Part shown: piece after piece, positions 57,390 to 64,000 of the stretch | Numbering within the stretch: the stretch's first letter is position 1 | Layout of the letters: every line of letters starts with the position of its first letter | Source: Vicinamibacterales bacterium | GTDB taxonomy: Bacteria; Acidobacteriota; Vicinamibacteria; Vicinamibacterales; 2-12-FULL-66-21 | Length of the DNA stretch: 64,000 nt | Reading direction: 5' to 3' | Assembly: GCA_035758845.1 (NCBI GenBank) | Contig: DASTVZ010000172.1 | Location: 2,812 to 66,811, forward strand | Notes under the pieces: generated by a model | Seen by the model: the letters and a program-made list of their open reading frames with translations, nothing else | Database searches by the model: none | Told to the model about the DNA's origin: nothing | Program-made: the position numbers and the translations under genes

Positions 57390-58211
57390 GTGCGGATTCT
57401 GTTCATCGGCGACATCTTCGGCAAGTCCGGGCGCGACATCGCCAGGCGCGCCATTCCCGCCATCGTTGAACAGCGTCAGATCGATTTCGTCATTGCCAAC
57501 GTCGAGAACTCCGCCGCCGGATTCGGCGTGACCGGCGATATTGCCGACACGATCCTCGAATTCGGCGTCGATGTGATGACCTCCGGCAATCACGTCTGGG
57601 ACAAGAAAGAAGTCCTCGACTATCTCCCGCGACAGGCGAAGCTGCTGCGGCCGGCGAACTTCCCTGCCGGGGTTCCTGGACGGGGGAGCGTTGTCGGACG
57701 CACTCGGACGGGAGAGCCTGTCGGCGTCCTCAACCTGATGGGTCGAATTTTCATGACACCGCTCGACGATCCGTTTGCGCTGGCGGTGCGCGAAATCGAA
57801 GCGATGCGCGCGAAGACGCGCGTGATCATCGTCGACTTCCATGCCGAAGCGACGTCCGAAAAGATCGCGATGGCGTGGCATCTCGATGGCCGCGCGACGG
57901 CCGTCTTCGGCACCCACACGCACGTGCAAACGGCCGACGAGCGGATTCTCCCGAAGGGGACCGCATGCTTGACCGACGTCGGCATGACCGGCCCGCACGA
58001 TTCCATCATCGGTGTAACCGTCGAAGCGGCCCTTGGCCGCTTTCTCACGGGAATGCCGGCGAAGTTCGAGGCCGCCACCGGTCCGGCGCGTTTGAACGCG
58101 GTCGTGGTCACGGCCGATCCCGCAACCGGCAAAGCGACGGCGATCGAGCGGCTGAACATGTCGACACACGACGTCGACGCACTGGCCGGCGCATCCGTCC
58201 CCGCGCGATAG
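57390..58211 (+). CDS. YmdB-like metallophosphoesterase (TIGR00282 family)
   Basis: GTG start 1 nt after the hsp20 stop. VRILFIGDIFGKSGR, ANVENSAAGFG, SGNHVWDKKE, DFHAEATSEK and GTHTHVQTADERILP. Confidence 0.85.
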   Translation: MRILFIGDIFGKSGRDIARRAIPAIVEQRQIDFVIANVENSAAGFGVTGDIADTILEFGVDVMTSGNHVWDKKEVLDYLPRQAKLLRPANFPAGVPGRGSVVGRTRTGEPVGVLNLMGRIFMTPLDDPFALAVREIEAMRAKTRVIIVDFHAEATSEKIAMAWHLDGRATAVFGTHTHVQTADERILPKGTACLTDVGMTGPHDSIIGVTVEAALGRFLTGMPAKFEAATGPARLNAVVVTADPATGKATAIERLNMSTHDVDALAGASVPAR

Positions 58212-58216
58212 GTCCG

Positions 58217-59638
58217 ATGTCCGATCTGTTCTCTCTCCCCTTCGAAGAGGACGCGGCGCGCGGCGGCGGTCCGATGCAACGCGAGCGCCGCATCTTTTCC
58301 GTGTCGGAGTTGACGGCCGCGATTCGCGGCGTGCTCGAAACCGGCTTCGGCGAGATTTGGGTCGAAGGCGAGCTGTCGAACTGCCGCACGTGGAACACGG
58401 GTCACGTCTATTTCACGCTGAAGGACGAAGATGCGCAAATCAAGGCGGTGATGTTCCGCTCGGTCGTCCGCTACCTCAAGTTCAAGCCGGAAGACGGCAT
58501 GCACGTCATCGTCCGCGGCCAGCTCGGTGTCTACGAACCGAAAGGGGAATATCAGATCGTCTGCGAGCACCTGGAGCCGCGCGGACTCGGTGCGCTCCAG
58601 ATGGCGGTCGAACAACTCAAGAAGAAGCTGCACGCGGAAGGACTGTTTGATACCGGGCGCAAGCGACCGCTGCCGTCGCTGCCACGAATCATCGGGATTG
58701 TGACCTCGCTCGACGGCGCCGCCTTGCGCGACATCATCAAGGTCCTTCGCCGCCGCCATCCGAACGCACATCTCCTGATTCGTCCCACGCGTGTGCAGGG
58801 TGACGGTGCTGCCGCTGACATCGCCGAAGCTTTGAGGGCCATCGTCAAGATTCCTGGCGTCGATGTCGTGATCGTCGGGCGCGGCGGCGGTTCCTTTGAA
58901 GATCTGATCGCCTTCAACCAGGAACCGGTCGCGCGCGCGATCGCGTCGTCGCCCGTGCCGGTCGTCTCCGCGGTAGGACATGAAGTCGACGTCACCATTG
59001 CCGATTTCGTCGCCGATCTTCGCGCCCCGACACCGTCGGCGGCGGCCGAACTTGTGGTGACCGCGAAGGATGAATTCTGTGCGCGCGTCTCGCGCCTGGG
59101 TGAGCGGCTCGGATCCGTTGTCAGAGCAGGCATCCAACGGCGGCGCGCCGGTCTCCATGCGTTAAGCAGCCGGCGGGGACTAGCCGGCTGGCACACGCGG
59201 CTCGCGATGCGTGGACGCCACGCCGCCGAGCTCACCTATCAGCTGCGACGCCACGCCGGCGCCGAGGTCGCCCGCCGTGCGCGCGCCTTTCGGACGTTGC
59301 GGCTGCGGCTCGAAGCGCGGGATTTGCGGCGGCGCGTCGCGATGATGGGATCGCGACTGTCGAGCGCTCACGGCCGGCTTGGTACGGCGGCTGCCGCGGC
59401 GCGGCACCGTGCCGACTCGCGGATCGCGTCGCTCGCCGGGCGGCTGGAAAACCTCAGTCCCCTGGGAGTGCTTGCACGGGGATACGCGGTCTGCTGGAAT
59501 GCGGATCGCACCGTCATCATCCGGAGTGCTGACGCGGTGGCCCCGGGCGATCGCGTCCGTGTGACGCTGCAGGAAGGCGAGCTTCACTGCGACGTGCGCA
59601 GCAAGGACGGACATGGATCCGACAATCAAGGATTTTGA
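58217..59638 (+). CDS. xseA: Exodeoxyribonuclease VII large subunit
   Basis: From the internal ATG (aa 115): ..IFSVSELTAAIRGVLE..FGEIWVEGELSN.R....GHVYFTLKDE.AQI.AVMF and IVRGGGS.EDL..FN.E.VARAI. Confidence 0.9.
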   Translation: MSDLFSLPFEEDAARGGGPMQRERRIFSVSELTAAIRGVLETGFGEIWVEGELSNCRTWNTGHVYFTLKDEDAQIKAVMFRSVVRYLKFKPEDGMHVIVRGQLGVYEPKGEYQIVCEHLEPRGLGALQMAVEQLKKKLHAEGLFDTGRKRPLPSLPRIIGIVTSLDGAALRDIIKVLRRRHPNAHLLIRPTRVQGDGAAADIAEALRAIVKIPGVDVVIVGRGGGSFEDLIAFNQEPVARAIASSPVPVVSAVGHEVDVTIADFVADLRAPTPSAAAELVVTAKDEFCARVSRLGERLGSVVRAGIQRRRAGLHALSSRRGLAGWHTRLAMRGRHAAELTYQLRRHAGAEVARRARAFRTLRLRLEARDLRRRVAMMGSRLSSAHGRLGTAAAAARHRADSRIASLAGRLENLSPLGVLARGYAVCWNADRTVIIRSADAVAPGDRVRVTLQEGELHCDVRSKDGHGSDNQGF

Positions 59639-59867
59639 GTCGGCGATCGCCGAGCTCGAAACGATCGTCAAGCGCCTCGAGGACGGCGATCTCGCGCTCG
59701 AGAAGTCGCTCGAGCTTTTCGAGCGCGGCGTCCAGCTTTCGCGCTTCTGTCATTCGAAGCTGGAAGAAGCGGAGCGACGGGTCGAAATTCTCACCGAGCG
59801 CGGGGAGGTCACGCCCGCGCCGCCATCGCTGGGCGCCGACACCGGCGATCACGATCGCTCGCGGTGA
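59613..59867 (+). CDS. xseB: Exodeoxyribonuclease VII small subunit
   Basis: FESAIAELETIVKRLEDGDLALEKSLELFERGVQLSRFCHSKLEEAERRVEIL. Confidence 0.9.
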   Translation: MDPTIKDFESAIAELETIVKRLEDGDLALEKSLELFERGVQLSRFCHSKLEEAERRVEILTERGEVTPAPPSLGADTGDHDRSR

Positions 59868-60853
59868 CCACGCCGCTGACCGAACTGCACGCGTGGCTCG
59901 CCTCGCGGCGGGATGCCGTCGAGCGGGCGCTGGAGCGCTATCTTCCCGCCGCGGACGCCGCGCGCTCGACGCCGGGATTCGTCCCCGCGTCGCGGCGCGC
60001 TCCTGCACGCGTCGCGGAATCGATGCGATACAGCCTCTTCGCCGGCGGCAAGCGGCTTCGTCCTATGCTCGTGCTCGCGTCCGCCGAAGCGGTGGCCGAG
60101 CATGTGGGTGCACCGGTCGCGGAAGCTGAAGATCTCGCCATGCCTGTCGCCTGCGCGCTGGAAATGATTCACACCTACTCACTCGTGCACGACGATCTGC
60201 CCGCGATGGACAACGACATCCTGCGTCGCGGACGGCCGACGGCGCACGTCGTGTTCGGCGAAGGACTGGCCATTCTGGCGGGAGACGGCCTGTTGACCGA
60301 GGCGTTCGCGCTGCTGGCGCGCGAGCCAGCGCACGCTGAAAGCGTGTCGCCCGATGATTTGAACCGCCGCAAGCTTCAGACGATTGCCATCGTCGCCGAC
60401 GCCGCGGGGGCCGCGGGGATGGTCGGTGGTCAGGCCATCGATCTCCATGCCGCCAGTCCCGGCGCAACCGCGCTCGACGCCGGAGCGCTTCGCGAGATGC
60501 ACATGCGGAAAACGGGTGCAATCATTGTCGCCGCCGCGCTGAGCGGTGCAATCATGGCCGGAGCGACCGAATCACTGGCCGAGACGATCGGACGCTACGG
60601 CGTGGAAATCGGTCTCGCGTTCCAAATCGTCGACGACATTCTCGATGTCGAAGGGGCGTCGGCGGAACTCGGCAAGACCGCGGGGAAAGACGCCGCCGCA
60701 GGCAAACCGACATATCCGGCGCTTTACGGACTGGACGCTGCACGCAAGCTTGCGTCCGAGTGCATCGAACGGGCGACCGGCGTGTTGCAAAGCGCCAGGA
60801 TCGGAGGGCAGCTGCCTGCGATCGCTCACTGGGTAGTTGGCCGAACTCATTGA
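59864..60853 (+). CDS. ispA: Polyprenyl (farnesyl/geranylgeranyl) diphosphate synthase
   Basis: GGKRLRP, HTYSLVHDDLPAMDNDILRRGRPT (first DDxxD) and FQIVDDILD (second). Confidence 0.9.
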   Translation: MTTPLTELHAWLASRRDAVERALERYLPAADAARSTPGFVPASRRAPARVAESMRYSLFAGGKRLRPMLVLASAEAVAEHVGAPVAEAEDLAMPVACALEMIHTYSLVHDDLPAMDNDILRRGRPTAHVVFGEGLAILAGDGLLTEAFALLAREPAHAESVSPDDLNRRKLQTIAIVADAAGAAGMVGGQAIDLHAASPGATALDAGALREMHMRKTGAIIVAAALSGAIMAGATESLAETIGRYGVEIGLAFQIVDDILDVEGASAELGKTAGKDAAAGKPTYPALYGLDAARKLASECIERATGVLQSARIGGQLPAIAHWVVGRTH

Positions 60854-61599
60854 AGAACACCGTCCGTCTCGACACGCTGCTCGTGGATCGCGGGCTCGCC
60901 GCGTCGCGCGAACGGGCGCGCGCGCTCATTCTCGCCGGCCATGTTCGCGTCAACGGTCAGCCGGCAGCCAAAGCAGGAACTGCGGTCACTCGCGATGCTG
61001 AGGTGAGTGTACTCACCCCGGATCATCCCTACGTCGGGCGCGGCGGAGTGAAGCTGGCGCATGCGCTCGAGACGTTTTCGATTCCGGTCGCTGGCTGCGT
61101 CGCGCTCGACATCGGTGCGTCGACTGGCGGATTCACAGACGCGCTTCTTCAGCGAGGGGCCTCACGCGTGGTCGCGCTCGATGTCGGACATGGCCAGCTC
61201 GATTGGAAACTTCGAAACGATCCGCGGGTCGATGTCATCGAGCGCGTCAACGCTCGAACGTTGAGGATTCCAGACCTGCCGGCCGGCCGCGCTCCCTTCG
61301 ACATCGTGACGATCGACGTCTCGTTTATCTCACTCAAACTCATTCTGCCGGTCGTTCCTCCGTTGCTCGCCGATACAGGTGATGTCGTTGCACTGGTCAA
61401 GCCGCAGTTCGAAGCTGGACGCGCCGAAATCGGCAAGGGCGGGATCGTCCGCGACGAGCACGTGCATGCCCGCGTGCTGGAAGAAGTAACGAATGCGGCG
61501 GATGCGCTAGGATTGGGGCGCCGCGGGGTTGCCGAGTCTCCGATTTCCGGCATGGAAGGCAACCGCGAGTTTCTGCTGCACCTTCGGCGCCGCACATGA
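60850..61599 (+). CDS. tlyA: TlyA family 16S/23S rRNA (cytidine-2'-O)-methyltransferase
   Basis: The TTG start overlaps the ispA stop. VRLDTLLVDRGLAASRERARALILAGHVRVNG (S4 domain), LDIGASTGGFTD, DVGHGQL and DVSFISL. Confidence 0.85.
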   Translation: MKNTVRLDTLLVDRGLAASRERARALILAGHVRVNGQPAAKAGTAVTRDAEVSVLTPDHPYVGRGGVKLAHALETFSIPVAGCVALDIGASTGGFTDALLQRGASRVVALDVGHGQLDWKLRNDPRVDVIERVNARTLRIPDLPAGRAPFDIVTIDVSFISLKLILPVVPPLLADTGDVVALVKPQFEAGRAEIGKGGIVRDEHVHARVLEEVTNAADALGLGRRGVAESPISGMEGNREFLLHLRRRT

Positions 61600-62489
61600 C
61601 GGTTTCACGGCCAATCACACGCGTCGGGCTCGTTGCCAAAACCGGGCTCACCGCCGCCGCCGGCGCGCTGGCTGAACTGGCCGGCTGGCTCGAAGCGCGC
61701 GACGTGCACGCGGTATTCGAGACCGAAACAGCCACCGTGGCCGGCCTGCCGTCAGGACGACGGACGGTCAATCGCGACGAGCTGCCGCGTGCCTGCGATT
61801 TGGTGGTCGTCCTCGGAGGCGACGGCACGCTGATTGGAATGGCCGATCGGATCGCAAAATCGGCCGCCGATGTTCCGATTCTCGGAGTGAACTTCGGCAG
61901 CCTCGGCTTCCTCACCGAGATCACTCTGCCGGAGTTGTATCCGTCGCTCGAATCCGTGCTGCGCGGAACGGCGCAGATTGAAGAGCGCATGATGCTTCGC
62001 TCGCGAACGCTGCGCACCGGCGACGTCCACGCCGACCACCTCGCGCTCAACGATGTCGTGATCACCAAAGGTGCCCTGTCGCGAATCATCGATTTGGAAG
62101 TCGACATCGGCGACCGGCCGATCATGCGCGTCCGCGCCGACGGCCTGATCGTGGCGAGCCCGACCGGATCGACCGCCTATAACCTGGCCGCCGGCGGGCC
62201 GATTCTGCATCCGGAAGTCGATGCCGTGCTGCTGACGCCGATCGCCCCACACATGCTCACCAATCGCCCGGTCGTCGTTCCCGCGTCATTCGAAATCCAC
62301 GTGCGGCCGGTCATCGACGGATCGAATGAAGAGGTCTACATCACGATTGACGGTCAGTCCGGACACGCGCTTCAGGCCGACGACGAGATCTGTATTACCC
62401 GGGCTGAGCGGCCATTGCGGCTGGTTCGGGCGTCGACGAGAACGTACTTTGATGTGTTGAGGCAGAAGCTGAAATGGAGTGAGAGGTGA
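61596..62489 (+). CDS. nadK: NAD kinase
   Basis: DLVVVLGGDGTLIG, NFGSLGFLTE and ADGLIVASPTGSTAYNLAAGGPI. Confidence 0.9.
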   Translation: MTVSRPITRVGLVAKTGLTAAAGALAELAGWLEARDVHAVFETETATVAGLPSGRRTVNRDELPRACDLVVVLGGDGTLIGMADRIAKSAADVPILGVNFGSLGFLTEITLPELYPSLESVLRGTAQIEERMMLRSRTLRTGDVHADHLALNDVVITKGALSRIIDLEVDIGDRPIMRVRADGLIVASPTGSTAYNLAAGGPILHPEVDAVLLTPIAPHMLTNRPVVVPASFEIHVRPVIDGSNEEVYITIDGQSGHALQADDEICITRAERPLRLVRASTRTYFDVLRQKLKWSER

Positions 62490-62494
62490 ACTCG

Positions 62495-62678
62495 AGAATT
62501 GCTGATTGCTGAATGGCGATTGTCGATTTTCTGATTGACGAATGGCGATTGGGATTGACGAATGGCGATTGGGATTGTCGATTATCGATTGTCGATTGAA
62601 GGCGCCGCCGCACAGTCCTCAATCGGCAATCCCAATCGAAAAATCCGCACTCGCCAATCCGCAATCCACAATGAACAG
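62495..62678. repeat. GATTG-word palindromic element (copy 3, largest)
   Basis: Forward words include the 20-mer GACGAATGGCGATTGGGATT x2. A GC-rich centre follows, then the reverse words CAATCGGCAATCCCAATCG...CGCCAATCCGCAATCC. It fills the convergent nadK/mltG spacer. Confidence 0.85.
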
Positions 62679-62680
62679 AT

Positions 62681-63691
62681 TCACCGCCTCCGCCTCTGAT
62701 ACTGATCGACGTTCCGATTGTGTTCTTCGAGTGTCGCCGCAAACGCATGCGATCCATCACCGCGCGCGACGAAGTAGAGATACGGTACGTCGGCAGGGCG
62801 TGCGGCGGCTTCGAGTGACGCGCGTCCGGGGTTCGCGATCGGTCCGGGCGGCAGCCCCGGATATCGGTAGGTGTTGTAGGGCGAATCGATTTGCATGTTC
62901 TCTCGCGTGAGATTGCCGTTGTAGCGGTTGGCACGTTCTAACGCGTAAATGACGGTCGGATCACACTGGAGCGCCATCCCGATCTTCAGCCGGTTGCTGT
63001 AAACAGCGGCGACAAGCGGTCTCTCCTCTGGCTTCCCCGTCTCCTTCTCGACGATTGATGCGAGCGTAACGAGCTCCCGCAAGGTGAGTCCTCGCGCCTC
63101 GGCGGCCGACAAGGTCTCGGGGGCAAGCGCTTTCTCGAACCCATCCACCATCCGCGGCACGAGTTGGGCTGCGGTCGTGTTGCGCGTCATCGCGTACGTG
63201 TCTGGGAAGAGATACCCCTCGAGATCCTTCGCCGCCGGATCCAGATTGCGAATGAGTTTCGAATCCGACGCCTGCGTCGAGAAATCCTTCGCCGAGCCCA
63301 AACCTTTGGACTCGAACAACTGCGCCATCTCGCGCATCGTGAGCCCTTCGCGGAAGGTGATGGGGACGAGGTAGACGTCACCGCGGGCGATCTTGTCGAC
63401 GACCTCTCTGACCGTCATGGGTCGATCGAATCGGTACTCGCCCGCCTGCAGGCGCCGGCCCAGGCCAGAACGCAGAATCTCAAAGCGAAAGCCGAGTCTG
63501 TCGCGAATCACTCCTGCATCCGCGAGACGTCTTCCAATGGACGTGGGGCCAGATCCTTCAGGGATTTCGACAAACTGTTCCGCCCCCTCATACCCCTTGA
63601 ACGGTGAAACTTCGGCCAGCACAATCCGCCAGCCAGCGAACCCGACGACCAACAGGATGAGAATGAAGATCCAGATCGCCAGCCGCTTCAC
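62681..63691 (-). CDS. mltG: Endolytic murein transglycosylase MltG (YceG-like)
   Basis: N-terminal TM MKRLAIWIFILILLVVGFAGW. LASIVEKET, YNTYRYPGLPPGPIANPG and YLYFVA..DGSHAF. Confidence 0.9.
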   Translation of the reverse strand: MKRLAIWIFILILLVVGFAGWRIVLAEVSPFKGYEGAEQFVEIPEGSGPTSIGRRLADAGVIRDRLGFRFEILRSGLGRRLQAGEYRFDRPMTVREVVDKIARGDVYLVPITFREGLTMREMAQLFESKGLGSAKDFSTQASDSKLIRNLDPAAKDLEGYLFPDTYAMTRNTTAAQLVPRMVDGFEKALAPETLSAAEARGLTLRELVTLASIVEKETGKPEERPLVAAVYSNRLKIGMALQCDPTVIYALERANRYNGNLTRENMQIDSPYNTYRYPGLPPGPIANPGRASLEAAARPADVPYLYFVARGDGSHAFAATLEEHNRNVDQYQRRRR

Positions 63692-64000
63692 GCGTTCTCG
63701 CTTTCTACGCGCTCGGCACGGCGCGCGCGTTCGTCAAGGTAATCCTGAAGAATGATGGCTGCGGATCGAGCGTCGAGCAGCTGCTTGCGTTTGCGCCAGT
63801 CCTGCTCGCGTCGTGCGAGCTCGCTCTCCGCTTCGCGGCTGGTGAGCCGCTCGTCCTGCAGAATCACTGGAATGTCGATGGACGATCGCAACGCTGCCGC
63901 GATCGCTTCGACCGCTGCCGTCTGCTCGGTCGGCTCTCCGCTGAGCCGTCGTGGATAACCGAGCGCGATCGCCGACAGGCCATCAGGTTCCGCGATCAGC
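63688..64000 (-). CDS. ruvX: Holliday-junction resolvase-like RuvX/YqgF (the N-terminus lies beyond the right window edge)
   Basis: ..ALGYPRRLSGEPTEQTAAVEAIAAALRSSIDIPVILQDERLTSREAE. A 4-nt overlap joins it to mltG. Confidence 0.8.
   Translation of the reverse strand, partial: LIAEPDGLSAIALGYPRRLSGEPTEQTAAVEAIAAALRSSIDIPVILQDERLTSREAESELARREQDWRKRKQLLDARSAAIILQDYLDERARRAERVESENA

Noticed and set aside
57620-59158. 512-aa minus-strand ORF opposite the ymdB-like and xseA genes
   Set aside because: An antisense shadow ORF with no motifs.
62490-62680. CRISPR array (also considered for 1565-1715, 52568-52691 and 29184-29256)
   Set aside because: The repeat units are only 5-21 nt and degenerate. 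They abut each other without unique spacers of 25-40 nt, half are in inverted orientation, and no cas genes are present.

Overview
A 64-kb, high-GC (roughly 63-66% by eye), gene-dense bacterial chromosomal segment with about 63 protein-coding genes on both strands. The ADOP-type orphan MacB/FtsX permease, the many secreted metallopeptidases, the ECF/HEAT-repeat module and the abundant REP-like intergenic palindromes suggest an Acidobacteriota-like soil bacterium; this is an inference. Most genes are housekeeping: ettA, acnA, queG, lpxD/lpxB, gatCA, surE, rpoZ, xseAB-ispA-tlyA-nadK, mltG-ruvX, nfo, aat and apaG. I found no rRNA, tRNA, CRISPR array, integrase or transposase. The main unusual observations are: (1) A tandem array of three paralogous secreted proteins fuses a c-type heme domain (CxxCH) to a PHM/DBH-like dicopper monooxygenase domain. 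It is convergent with a gene carrying a CusB-type heavy-metal-binding domain. (2) Almost every intergenic spacer is filled by low-complexity 'word' palindromes (GATTG, GGGAAAAGG, GGCTTCTGGCT, AACAGGAGAA, GGATCC) and REP-like hairpin families. (3) An operon encodes an ECF sigma factor, an anti-sigma factor and two secreted HEAT-repeat proteins. (4) A UdgX-type uracil-DNA glycosylase carries the KRRIH loop. (5) A domain-permuted aconitase-family protein is translationally coupled to a 71-aa four-Cys protein. (6) A three-gene matrixin operon has a possible OB-fold partner and an outer-membrane beta-barrel. (7) Divergent Hsp20 genes flank a HAIR-like palindrome. All functional calls rest on motif recognition by eye, because no database search was possible. 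Start codons that I moved relative to the ORF track were placed by counting residues in the supplied translations.
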